NCBI GenBank assembly: GCA_003135555.1
Contig: PLCF01000082.1
Coordinates: forward strand, 1-53,400
DNA from: Vulcanimicrobiota bacterium
GTDB lineage: Bacteria > Vulcanimicrobiota > Vulcanimicrobiia > Vulcanimicrobiales > Vulcanimicrobiaceae
DNA: 53,400 bases
Direction of reading: 5' to 3'
Shown: positions 36,979 through 46,321 of the stretch, piece after piece
How the letters are laid out: each line of letters starts with the position of its first letter
How positions within the stretch are numbered: position 1 is the first letter of the stretch
Made by a program: the position numbers and the translations under genes
The notes under the pieces: generated by a model
The model's input: only the letters and a program-made list of their open reading frames with translations
Told to the model about the DNA's origin: nothing
Databases searched by the model: none

Positions 36979-38403
36979 ATGTCGACGGCGACCGACCCCT
37001 GCTTTCTGGGCGCGACGGAGCTGGCGCGGCGGATTCGTGCCAAGGAGCTCTCCGCGACCGAGGTGATGACCGCGCACCTGCAGCGGATCGAGCGCGTGAA
37101 CCCCGCCCTCAACGCGATCGTGACGCTCCACGCCGACGAGGCGTTGGCGAGCGCGCGGCGGGCCGACGAGGAGCAGGCGCGGGGCGCCGAGCTGGGCCCG
37201 CTGCACGGATTGCCCGTCGCGCACAAAGATCTGGTGCTCACGCGCGGGATGCGCACGACGTTCGGCTCGCCGATCTACAAGGATTTCGTCCCCGACCACG
37301 ACAGCATCGTGGTCGAACGCCAGCGCCGTGCGGGCGCGATCAGCGTGGGAAAGACCAACACGCCGGAGTTCGGCGCCGGCTCGCAGACCTTCAACGAGGT
37401 CTTCGGTGCAACGCGCAACCCCTACGACCCGACCAAGACGTGCGGCGGAAGCAGCGGCGGCGCGGCGGTAGCGCTGGCCTGCGGGATGGTCGCGCTCGCC
37501 GACGGCAGCGATCTGGGCGGATCGCTGCGCAACCCGGCCAATTTCTGCAACGTCGTCGGCTTGCGCCCGTCGATCGGTCGCGTGGCGCAATGGCCCACGC
37601 ACGATGCGTGGAACACGCTGTCGGTCTGCGGGCCGATGGCGCGCAGCGTGGCGGACGTCGCGCTGTTCTTGAGCGTGTTGGCCGGACCCGACGCACGCGA
37701 CCCGATCTCGATCGCCGAAGGCGGCGCCGCCTTTCGCGCGCCGTTGGAACGTGATTTGCGCGGCACCCGCGTCGCCTGGAGCGCCGACTTGGGCGGGTTG
37801 CCCGTCGACCCCGCGGTGACGGCGGTGCTGGAATCGCAACGCTCCGTCTTTGTCGCGCTGGGTTGCCGGATCGAGGAGGCCGCGCCCGATCTGAGCGGGG
37901 CCGATACCGTCTTCCAAACGCTGCGCGCCGCCGCATTCGTGAACCATCCCGGCGCGCTGCTCGAGCAGCATCCCAATGCGTTCAAGGACACGATCGTCTG
38001 GAACGTCGAGCGCGGTCGCGCGCTAACCGGCGTGCAGATCGGTGAGGCGATGAAGCTCCGTTCGCTGATCTTCGCGCGCATGCACGCGTTCATGGAACGC
38101 TACGAGTTCCTGATCGCGCCGGTCAACCAGGTGCCGCCGTTCGCGGTCGATCAGCCGTACGTGACCGCGATCAACGGGGTTGCGATGGAGAACTACCTGG
38201 ACTGGATGCGGTCGTGCTCGGCGATCACGGTGACCGGACATCCGGCCATCTCGGTACCGTGCGGGTTTACCCCCGACGGTCTGCCGGTCGGCGTGCAGAT
38301 CGTCGGCCGCTACCGCGACGAGTTGGGCCTGCTCGGGTTCGCGCACGCCTTCGAGCAACGCACCAACGTGGGAGCGCGACGACCCCCCTTACTGTCGGCC
38401 TGA
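36979..38403 (+). CDS. Amidase signature family enzyme
   Basis: GPLHGLPVAHKD, GKTNTPEFG, GGSSGGAA, GSDLGGSLRNPA, GLPVGVQIVG. Confidence 0.95.
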   Translation: MSTATDPCFLGATELARRIRAKELSATEVMTAHLQRIERVNPALNAIVTLHADEALASARRADEEQARGAELGPLHGLPVAHKDLVLTRGMRTTFGSPIYKDFVPDHDSIVVERQRRAGAISVGKTNTPEFGAGSQTFNEVFGATRNPYDPTKTCGGSSGGAAVALACGMVALADGSDLGGSLRNPANFCNVVGLRPSIGRVAQWPTHDAWNTLSVCGPMARSVADVALFLSVLAGPDARDPISIAEGGAAFRAPLERDLRGTRVAWSADLGGLPVDPAVTAVLESQRSVFVALGCRIEEAAPDLSGADTVFQTLRAAAFVNHPGALLEQHPNAFKDTIVWNVERGRALTGVQIGEAMKLRSLIFARMHAFMERYEFLIAPVNQVPPFAVDQPYVTAINGVAMENYLDWMRSCSAITVTGHPAISVPCGFTPDGLPVGVQIVGRYRDELGLLGFAHAFEQRTNVGARRPPLLSA

Positions 38404-40389
38404 GCCGGTCGCGGCGCGCGCGTGCGCGAACTCGACGTACCAGTCGAGCGCCGCGGGCTGCATCATCGCTTCGCGGCTGGCGGCTTTTTCCGGCGGCGTG
38501 CCGGCGAGGATGCGGCGGACCGGGATCTCCATTTTCTTGCCGGTGAGGGTGTAGGGTATTGCCGCGACGGCGTGGATTTCGTCGGGGACGTGGCGCGGGC
38601 TGCAGTCGGTTCGCAACTTGTTCACGATGCGCGCGTGCAGCGCGTCGTCGAAGAGTGCGCCGTCAGCGAGCCGCACGAACAGCGGCATGTAGAACGCTCC
38701 GCCCGGAAGCTCGAGGCACACGACGAGGCTGTCCGCGATCTCGTCGAGCTGCTCGACGGCCCGGTAGATCTCCGCGGAGCCGATGCGCACGCCGTAGCGG
38801 TTGAGCGTCGAGTCCGAGCGCCCGTAGATGTAGCAGCCGCCGCGCGCGTTGAGCTTGATGAAGTCGCCGTGCCGCCATACGCCGGGGAAGTGCTCGAAGT
38901 ACGTTTCGCGATAGCGCGCGTCGTTCGGATCGTTCATGAAGCGCAGGGGCATCGACGGCGACGGGCTGGTGACCACCAGCTCGCCGACCTCGTCGATCAC
39001 CGGGACGCCGGCGGCGTTCCAGGCGTGCACGTCCATCCCGAGCAGCCGCGTTTGGATCTCGCCGGCGTAGACAGGCAGTACCGGCGAGCCGCCGACCAAA
39101 CCGGCGCACAGCTCCGTCCCGCCCGACGGAGAGGTGACCCAGAGATCGCGTTTGACGTACTCGTAGAACCACGCCGTCGATTCGGGCGTGACGGGCGAGC
39201 CGGTGAGCAGGACGCTCTGCAACGCCGAGAGATCGAAGCGCTCGCGCGGGACCAGTCCGAGCTTCTGCATCATCTGCACGAACGTGGGACTTGCGCCGAA
39301 GGACGTCGCTTCCGCATCGGCTGCAAGCTGCCACAGTAGCGCCGGCGTCGGGTGTGCCGGATGCCCGTCGTAGAGCACGACCGACGCGCCTTGCAGCAGC
39401 GCCGACAGCAGCGCGTTGAACATCATCCAGCCGGTCGTGGTATAGAAGAACATCCGCGACTGCGGGTTGAGGTTCTGACCGAGCCCGGTGCTCTTGAGGT
39501 GCTCGAGCAGAATGCCGACGTGCCCGTGCACGATCGGCTTCGGCAACCCCGTCGTGCCCGAAGAGAAGAGCACCCACAGCGGATGATCGTGCGCGACGTA
39601 CTCGTAGGCGAACGTCGCGGCGTCGACCGGCGGGCGATCGAGCAGCTCGGCCCACGCGAGCGCCGGCTCGACCGGTGCGCGTGACGCCGGATCGAGGTAC
39701 GACAGCCAAACGACGTGCTTCACCGTCGGCAGTTCGGCCAGGATCGTGCGGATCTCATCGGCGCGATCGAAGTCCTTGCCGCCGAAGCGGTACCCGTCCG
39801 CGGCGAAGAGCACCATCGGCTCGATCTGCGCGAAGCGGTCGATCACGGTCCGAGCCCCGAACTCGGGTGCCGCCGACGACCACACGCCGCCGATAGCCGT
39901 GACGGCGATCATCGCGACCACCGTCTCCGGGATGTTCGGCATGTAGGCGACGACGCGGTCGCCGGGGCGCACGCCGAGCGCGCGCAGCTGCGTCGCCAGG
40001 ATGCGCACCGCGCCGCCGAGTTCGCTCCACGACATCCGCGCGAGCGGGCGAAGCTCCGAGCTGTGCACGAGGGCCGCTTCGCCGGACGCGGCTGAGCGCT
40101 CGTGCCGCAGCAGGTGCTCGGCGTAGTTCACGCGCGATCCGGCGAACCAGACGGCGCCCGGCATCTCGCGCGAACTCAGCACGCGTTCGTACGGCTGCGT
40201 CGCGTGGACGTCGAAGAACTCCCACACCGCCGCCCAAAAGCCGTCGAGGTCGGTCACCGACCAGCGCCGCAGCTCCTCGTAGCTCTCGAACGCGTGGCCC
40301 TGCGCGGCGAGCCGGCGCATGAAACGTGCGACCGTGGACTGCGCGGCTTGCACGGGATCGGGCGTCCACAGTAGCTCGCCTTCGGTCAT
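38389..40389 (-). CDS. Acetoacetate--CoA ligase
   Basis: DHPLWVLFSSGTTGLPKPIVHGH, YTTTGWMM, SGGTE, VWRHGD, GRSDSTLNRYGVRIG, TLTGKKMEIPV. Confidence 0.92.
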   Translation of the reverse strand: MTEGELLWTPDPVQAAQSTVARFMRRLAAQGHAFESYEELRRWSVTDLDGFWAAVWEFFDVHATQPYERVLSSREMPGAVWFAGSRVNYAEHLLRHERSAASGEAALVHSSELRPLARMSWSELGGAVRILATQLRALGVRPGDRVVAYMPNIPETVVAMIAVTAIGGVWSSAAPEFGARTVIDRFAQIEPMVLFAADGYRFGGKDFDRADEIRTILAELPTVKHVVWLSYLDPASRAPVEPALAWAELLDRPPVDAATFAYEYVAHDHPLWVLFSSGTTGLPKPIVHGHVGILLEHLKSTGLGQNLNPQSRMFFYTTTGWMMFNALLSALLQGASVVLYDGHPAHPTPALLWQLAADAEATSFGASPTFVQMMQKLGLVPRERFDLSALQSVLLTGSPVTPESTAWFYEYVKRDLWVTSPSGGTELCAGLVGGSPVLPVYAGEIQTRLLGMDVHAWNAAGVPVIDEVGELVVTSPSPSMPLRFMNDPNDARYRETYFEHFPGVWRHGDFIKLNARGGCYIYGRSDSTLNRYGVRIGSAEIYRAVEQLDEIADSLVVCLELPGGAFYMPLFVRLADGALFDDALHARIVNKLRTDCSPRHVPDEIHAVAAIPYTLTGKKMEIPVRRILAGTPPEKAASREAMMQPAALDWYVEFAHARAATGSGRQ

Positions 40390-41957
40390 TGCGGGATCCG
40401 CGTGTGCGCATGATCGAGCGCGAGCAGAACCCGGCGCAGGACGGTGTTGTCGATCTCACCGCGTTCGCGCAGCTCGATGAGCGCGTGGCGCTCGGCCTCG
40501 ATCACCTCGCGTTCCGCGCTCGACCGGCGTCGTGCCGCCTCGCGCACTGCGGGATCGCCAGGGCGGTCCGAGCTCTCGCGCAGCTGGGCGTAGCGCCGTC
40601 GCAGGACTGCGGCGTGCTCGGGGTCGAGCCGACGCTCGCGCTCCAGCGCGTCGACCCGCGCCAGTGCGGCCTTGGCTGCGCCCGCCAGCGCGCGTTGCAT
40701 GTCCTCAGTCTCCTCGCGCCCGCTGTCGCTCACCTTCAGCCGCGCGATCGCGGCCGGGAGCGTGAGTCCGCCGCCGACCAGCGTCACGACGATGACCGTG
40801 AAGGTGAGGAAGATGATGAGTTCACGATGCGGGAACGGCGTCCCGCCGGCGGCGGTGATCGGGATCGCGAGCGCGGCCGCGAGCGAGACCGCTCCGCGCA
40901 GCCCCGACCATGAAACGATCAACGCGTGCTTCCAGTCCGGCTCGGCGTGCTCCGAGGAACCGCCGACAAAAGGCAGGTACTCGGTCAGCAAGACCCAGCC
41001 GAAGCGAACGAGGATCACGGTCGCGTTCGTCGCCAGCGTCGCCCACAGGACGGTTTGCCAGGCGTTTTGCCGGAACACGCCGGTCGCGATGTCGTGCAAC
41101 TGCAGCCCGACCAGCAGAAAGAGCAACGCGTTCGCGACGAAGACGAAGGTCTCCCAGAAACCGACGAGCCGCAGCCGCGTCGCCGGCGTCACCACGATCG
41201 GCGTAAAGCGGTTCACGTAGACGCCGGTCGCTACCACACCCAGGACGCCGGACGCACCGATCCGCAGCGCCGGCAAATAGGAAACGAAGGGTACCAGCAG
41301 TGAGATCACCGACTGCAGGTCGGTGTCTTTGATGCGCCGCCAGCCCGCGACGGCGATCCGTCCCGCGAGAAGGCCGACGAGCAGGGCGCCGACCGGACCG
41401 GCGATGAGGTACACCGAGATGTGGAGCGGCTCGACGACGCCCGTCACCACGGCGGTCAGCGCCGCCGCGTAGAGCACGAGCGAGAACGCGTCGTTCACCA
41501 GGCTTTCGCCTTCGACGATCGCGATGACGTGACGGGGGATCCGGAATCGCTCGAGCACCGGCGCCGAAGCGAGCTCGTCGGTCGGCGCGACGATCGCGCC
41601 CAGGACGAACGCGACCGCCCACGGCAGATTCGGAATGACGGCGTGCGCGATGACCGCGACGGCGATCGTGGTGGCGAGGACGAGCCCGATCGCCAGCATC
41701 CCGATCTGCGTCAGGTTGGCGAGCATGATGTCGGTCGGCGCGGTGATTGCTTCCCAGTACAGCAGCGGCGGAAGGAAGATCAACAGCACGAGGTTCGGAT
41801 CGAGGTGCACGCTGGGCAATCCCGGGATGAATCCCAGCGCGAGGCCGCCCAGCACGAGCACGATCGGATACGGGACGTCGCCACGGCGCGCCAGCGCGAC
41901 GAGCGGGATCGTCACGACGAGCAAGCCGATCACCGCCTCGATCTGCGTTTCGAGCAT
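40386..41957 (-). CDS. Na+/H+ antiporter, CPA1 (NhaP-like) family
   Basis: FLPPLLY, GAIVAPTD, EGESLVNDA, SGVLGVV, WSGLRGAVSLAAALAIP. Confidence 0.92.
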   Translation of the reverse strand: MLETQIEAVIGLLVVTIPLVALARRGDVPYPIVLVLGGLALGFIPGLPSVHLDPNLVLLIFLPPLLYWEAITAPTDIMLANLTQIGMLAIGLVLATTIAVAVIAHAVIPNLPWAVAFVLGAIVAPTDELASAPVLERFRIPRHVIAIVEGESLVNDAFSLVLYAAALTAVVTGVVEPLHISVYLIAGPVGALLVGLLAGRIAVAGWRRIKDTDLQSVISLLVPFVSYLPALRIGASGVLGVVATGVYVNRFTPIVVTPATRLRLVGFWETFVFVANALLFLLVGLQLHDIATGVFRQNAWQTVLWATLATNATVILVRFGWVLLTEYLPFVGGSSEHAEPDWKHALIVSWSGLRGAVSLAAALAIPITAAGGTPFPHRELIIFLTFTVIVVTLVGGGLTLPAAIARLKVSDSGREETEDMQRALAGAAKAALARVDALERERRLDPEHAAVLRRRYAQLRESSDRPGDPAVREAARRRSSAEREVIEAERHALIELRERGEIDNTVLRRVLLALDHAHTRIPQ

Positions 41958-41965
41958 GCGGAGCC

Positions 41966-42346
41966 TTAGCGCAGGGCGGCGATGACCGCGCGCGCGGCCT
42001 CGGCGTCGCTCACGATCATCACCATGTCGGCGGCCTCGCGCAGCGCCGCGAGCCGCGGCGAGCGGCCCAGGGCGGCTTTGTCGCTCACGACGATCGCGGC
42101 GACCAAGATGCCGCGGTCGCGCGCGGCTTCGGCGACGGCGATCGGGTGCGGCATCTGCGCCACGTCACGTGCGTCGGTGACGAAGACGAGCATGTCCGTT
42201 TCTCGTAGCATCTCGTCGAGGTCGCCGACGGCGTCGGGGGCGAGAAACCGAACCCCGTCCAACTCGGCGCGCAGGAACGAGCGCGCTGCGGTGCCGGTCA
42301 CCGTGATGCGTGCGCCGGCACGTCGCGCCGCCGCGATGCTCATCAT
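41966..42346 (-). CDS. Small hypothetical protein resembling a truncated FtsZ/tubulin-type Rossmann core
   Basis: ATGA-coupled to the Rieske gene; pattern DMLVFV...VAEAARDRGILVAAIV...LREAADMVMIVSD. Confidence 0.6.
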   Translation of the reverse strand: MMSIAAARRAGARITVTGTAARSFLRAELDGVRFLAPDAVGDLDEMLRETDMLVFVTDARDVAQMPHPIAVAEAARDRGILVAAIVVSDKAALGRSPRLAALREAADMVMIVSDAEAARAVIAALR

Positions 42347-43626
42347 AGCGAGACGAAGGCGGTCTTGGGCTGCAGGCGCAGCGCGTCGGCGGCGCCGTCT
42401 TGGAATGGAACGTCCTTGGGCAGCAGCAACGAGGCCGAGCGCACGCGCTGCGCCGCGGTGTCCAGCCCGGGCGGGACGTCGCCGGCCGCAACCTCGGCGG
42501 CGCGCAGCAGGCGCTGGCGCGCCATGATGATCCCGCTGTCGCTGGTGCCGAGCCGCTCCCGCAGGCGGTCCTGGATCGGTCCCATGCTCTCCTGCAGCGA
42601 GGCGTCTTGCATCGCGATCCCGGCGACGCCGCTGAACGACTTCTGCTCGCGTTGCGCGCGCCGGTCGATGAGGTAGTCGTTGCTCGCGTCGGCGAGCGGC
42701 TCGTAGGTTCCGGGCTTGTAGACGCAGTGAATCCCGCCGCCGGCACGCATATCGTCACGCTCCGTGTCGAGCAGCTCGCGCACCGGGTGATAGTTGATGC
42801 TCCAGGCCCAGCAACTCTCGTCGTCGATCGGAACCCAGGCGTGCGCACCGATCAGGTTCTCGCCGAACGGCGGGATGATCGTGTACCAAGGCATCACGTA
42901 CTGCGTGATGCGCCAGTAGTAGCGGTCGTCGCCGGCGTTGCGGCGCGCGCCGATCAACAGGCCGCCGGCCGATTCGACGACCTCGAAGCGCGGGCGGCCG
43001 TCTTGCTTGAGGTAGACGTTGCCGAGCGAACCGCGGTGCAGCGGATCGTCGTCGAGGCTGAAGCGGTGGGTGAACGAGACGTGGCTCGAGTCGATCCCGC
43101 CCTCGAGCGCCTGCAGATAGTTCGTGCGTTGCAGCCGCTTGGAAATGTATACCTGCGACGGCGGCAGCGTTGCCCATTCGAGTTGGGGCTCCGCCGGGCG
43201 AGCGTTCACGGGTCCCATGTAGGTCCAGAACACGTCGCCGAGCCGCACCAGCGGGTAGGCCCTGAGGCGCACCTTGTCCTTGAAGTTGCTCTCTTCGGGT
43301 TCCGACGGCATGTCGATGCAGCGGCCTTCCACGTCGTACTTCCAGCCGTGGTAGGCGCAGCGCAGCCCGCACTCTTCGTTGCGGGCGTAGAAGAGCGAGA
43401 CGCCGCGGTGCGCGCAGAAACCGTCGATCAACCCGTAGCGCCCGGTGGTGTCGCAGAATGCGATCAGATCCTCGCCCAGCAGCCGTACTCGCACCGGAGC
43501 GCAGTCGGGCTCGGGGAGCTCCTCGGCGAGCAGCGCGGGGATCCAATAGCGGCGGAACAGGTCGCCCATCGGGGTCGCGGCGTTCGTCGAGACGAGAGTC
43601 TGCTGTTGCCGTTCGGTCAGCGCCAT
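42343..43626 (-). CDS. Rieske non-haem iron oxygenase, phthalate 4,5-dioxygenase / LigX-like alpha subunit
   Basis: AAGGAG SD. TPMGDLFRRYW, CAHRG...CAYHGW Rieske motif, EGGIDSSHVSFTH iron motif, QDASLQESMG. Confidence 0.92.
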   Translation of the reverse strand: MALTERQQQTLVSTNAATPMGDLFRRYWIPALLAEELPEPDCAPVRVRLLGEDLIAFCDTTGRYGLIDGFCAHRGVSLFYARNEECGLRCAYHGWKYDVEGRCIDMPSEPEESNFKDKVRLRAYPLVRLGDVFWTYMGPVNARPAEPQLEWATLPPSQVYISKRLQRTNYLQALEGGIDSSHVSFTHRFSLDDDPLHRGSLGNVYLKQDGRPRFEVVESAGGLLIGARRNAGDDRYYWRITQYVMPWYTIIPPFGENLIGAHAWVPIDDESCWAWSINYHPVRELLDTERDDMRAGGGIHCVYKPGTYEPLADASNDYLIDRRAQREQKSFSGVAGIAMQDASLQESMGPIQDRLRERLGTSDSGIIMARQRLLRAAEVAAGDVPPGLDTAAQRVRSASLLLPKDVPFQDGAADALRLQPKTAFVSL

Positions 43627-43646
43627 GGCGGTGTTTGTGTTCTCCT

Positions 43647-44408
43647 TTAGTGCCGCGGACGAGCGGGGATCAGGATCCGCTCCACTTCGTTGAGCAGCAC
43701 GGTGAGGGCGAAGCCGATCACCGCGATCGTGATGATGCCGACGTACATCACGTTGACCTGGAAGATCTGCCAGGCGTTGAGGATCACGAAGCCCAGACCG
43801 CTCGGCGCGCCGAGCATCTCGGCCACCGCGATGAGGATCAGCCCCAGCCCCGCGCCCAGCTTCACGCCGGTCATGATGACGGGCAGCGCGCCGGGGAACG
43901 CGATCGTGCGGAACACGGCCCAGCCGCGCGCGCCGTAGTTGCGCCCGACGTCGAAGTACATGCGGTCGATCTGGCGCACGCCGGCCGCCGTGTTGATCAC
44001 GACGGGGTAGAACATCCCGATCGCGACCATCGCGATCTTGGAGGCCTCGCCGATGCCGAAGACGAGCAGGATCAGCGGCAGGATCGCGCTCTTGGGGACC
44101 GGGTACGTCGCCGAGATCAGCGGATCGACGATGGCGTAGATGGGCCGGTAGAGCCCCATCGCCAACCCGAGCAGGAGCGCCGGCACGCCGCCGACCACGA
44201 TCCCGATGGCGAAGCGTTCGAGCGTGATCAGCGTATTCGCGAGCAGCGTTCCGTTGGCCAGCATCGTGCCGAAGGTGCGGGCGATCGACGACGGAGCCGG
44301 GTAGAAGCGAACGTCGATCCAGTGCGCGCGCGCGGCGATCTCCCACAGGACGAACAACGCGATCGGCGACGCGACGCTCAGCAGCCGGTCGCGCGCGTCG
44401 ACGCTCAT
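43647..44408 (-). CDS. ABC transporter permease (SsuC/TauC-like)
   Basis: LWEIAAR, PAPSSI, YPVPKSAILPL, FPGALPVIMTG, LIAVAEM. Confidence 0.92.
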   Translation of the reverse strand: MSVDARDRLLSVASPIALFVLWEIAARAHWIDVRFYPAPSSIARTFGTMLANGTLLANTLITLERFAIGIVVGGVPALLLGLAMGLYRPIYAIVDPLISATYPVPKSAILPLILLVFGIGEASKIAMVAIGMFYPVVINTAAGVRQIDRMYFDVGRNYGARGWAVFRTIAFPGALPVIMTGVKLGAGLGLILIAVAEMLGAPSGLGFVILNAWQIFQVNVMYVGIITIAVIGFALTVLLNEVERILIPARPRH

Positions 44409-45193
44409 GCGGCGGGCTCGGGGACGGGGAAGCGGATCTCGTCGCGCAACTCGGCCCAAATGTCCCCGAACAGCCGGCCGTACTCCGGCGTCGCGCGCAG
44501 ATCGAGCACGGAGCGCGGGCGCGTGAAAGGCACGTCGACGAACGCTTTGGGGCGGCCGCGGTCGCTGCTCATGACCATGATGCGGTCGCCCAAGCTGACC
44601 GCTTCGTCGACGCTGTGGGTGATGAAGACAACGGTCTTCTTGGTCTCGTCCCAGATGCGCAGCAGCTCTTGTTGGAGCAGCGTTCGGTTCTGCTCGTCGA
44701 GCGCCGAGAACGGCTCGTCCATGAGCAGCACCTCGGGGTCGCAGGCGAACGCCCGCGCGATCGACACGCGTTGTTTCATCCCGCCCGAGAGCTGGTGCGG
44801 GAACGCATCCGCGAACGCGCGCAGCCCGGTGCGGTCGAGATAGTGGCCGACGACGTCGTCGATCTGCGCTCGCGGCGCGCCTCGCATGCGCAAGCCATAG
44901 GCGGCGTTCTCGCGGACCGTCATCCACGGAAAGAGCGACTCCCCTTGGAACACCATCGCGTTCTCGGGGCGGTCGCCGTCGCCGCGCGCGATCGTGACGC
45001 GGCCCGACGTCGGCGCCTCGAGTCCGGCGGCGATGCGCAACAGCGTCGTCTTCCCGCAGCCGCTCGGCCCCACGATCACGAAGAACTCCCCGGAACCCAC
45101 CTCGAACGAGACGCCGCCGAGCGCCACGTGCTCGCCGTCGCGAAGGAAGAAGCGCTTCTCGACCTGCTCGAAGCGAATCTTCGCGTCGGCCAT
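44405..45193 (-). CDS. ABC transporter ATP-binding protein (SsuB/TauB-like)
   Basis: GPSGCGKT, LSGGMKQR, LLMDEPFSALD, ITHSVDEA. Confidence 0.95.
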   Translation of the reverse strand: MADAKIRFEQVEKRFFLRDGEHVALGGVSFEVGSGEFFVIVGPSGCGKTTLLRIAAGLEAPTSGRVTIARGDGDRPENAMVFQGESLFPWMTVRENAAYGLRMRGAPRAQIDDVVGHYLDRTGLRAFADAFPHQLSGGMKQRVSIARAFACDPEVLLMDEPFSALDEQNRTLLQQELLRIWDETKKTVVFITHSVDEAVSLGDRIMVMSSDRGRPKAFVDVPFTRPRSVLDLRATPEYGRLFGDIWAELRDEIRFPVPEPAA

Positions 45194-46239
45194 CAGCCGT
45201 GCTGGTACTTGCCGGTGATCTTGAGCGCCGCTTCGACGAACGATCCGTCGTGCACCGCGTCGGCCGTGACGTTGCCGGTTACCAAGCCTTGGGCTCTGAA
45301 GAAGGCGAGGTCCTTGCGCAGGCTCTCGAGGTTCACCCGGCCGTCGGGGTCGTTGCCGTTGGGCGTGGCCTGTTCGTAGATCGTCCGGTCCTTCACCGCC
45401 GTGTACTCGGTGAGGATGTCGACGATCTCCTTACCGTTCTTGCCGGTCAGGGAGCCGTGGCCGGTGCGCTTGTCGCGCGCCAGGCCGTCGTTGTAGAAAC
45501 GGACGGCCTTGATGTAGGCGACCATGAACTTACGGCCCAGCTCGGGTTTTTTCTGCGCCATCGTGGCGCCGTAGAGCAGTACCGCGAGCTGCTGCTTGGG
45601 ATAGAAGACGTCGTCTCCGGCGTAGCGCACGGCGTTGCCGCTGCGTACCGCGAGCGTTGCCGACGGTTCGGTCGTGAGGCTGGCGTCGATGCTCTTGCCG
45701 GCAAAGGCCGCGACGTGGGTGGGGAAGCCGAGGAACTCGTGGGTCACGTCGGCGTAGACGAGGTGAGCCTGCTTGAGCGCCTCGTTGAGGGTCGACGACG
45801 TGGCCGTGCCTTGCGCGGGCTCGGCGACCTTCATGCCCTTGAGGTCTTTGTAGCTGAAGTGTGCCGCCAGATCGGCGCGGACGAGCAAGGGCAGGTATCC
45901 GAACCCGTGCGGCGTCGAGCCTTTGTCGGCGACGATCTTGAGATCGATGCCTTGCGCGACGGCATTGTAGAGTCCGGCCGACGGCGCTCCGGCGGCGACG
46001 TCGAGCTGATTGGCGCCCAGCGGGACGACCATCTTCGCCGCGGAGTCGAACGCCGTCCACTTGACCGCGAGCCCCTGTTCGCGAAAGAACCCCTTCTTGT
46101 CGCCGATGAAGAACGGGACGTCGCTGCTGGAGTTGACGGTACCGACGGTGATCAGATCTTCTGCCCAAGCGTAGCGCAGGAACGCCGGGGCGCTGACCGC
46201 GCCCGCCGAAACCAGAGCCGAGAAGGTGCTGCGCTTCAA
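45193..46239 (-). CDS. ABC transporter substrate-binding protein (NMT1/SsuA-like)
   Basis: TTG start after GAGGTG, KRSTF Tat-like leader, KKGFFREQGL, LKIVADKG, DLKGMKVA. Confidence 0.88.
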   Translation of the reverse strand: MKRSTFSALVSAGAVSAPAFLRYAWAEDLITVGTVNSSSDVPFFIGDKKGFFREQGLAVKWTAFDSAAKMVVPLGANQLDVAAGAPSAGLYNAVAQGIDLKIVADKGSTPHGFGYLPLLVRADLAAHFSYKDLKGMKVAEPAQGTATSSTLNEALKQAHLVYADVTHEFLGFPTHVAAFAGKSIDASLTTEPSATLAVRSGNAVRYAGDDVFYPKQQLAVLLYGATMAQKKPELGRKFMVAYIKAVRFYNDGLARDKRTGHGSLTGKNGKEIVDILTEYTAVKDRTIYEQATPNGNDPDGRVNLESLRKDLAFFRAQGLVTGNVTADAVHDGSFVEAALKITGKYQHG

Positions 46240-46321
46240 ATGACCACCTCGCCGGGGCACACCCTAACAGGCTCGGGACGTACGCGTCGAGCGGGTCGCT
46301 TTCCTATCCGGAATTTCGCGG

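Noticed and set aside
42343..44927. Apparent long N-terminal extensions of the Rieske (667 aa) and permease (426 aa) ORFs
   Set aside because: These are off-frame read-throughs of upstream ABC genes. SD- or overlap-supported starts exist at 43626 and 44408.
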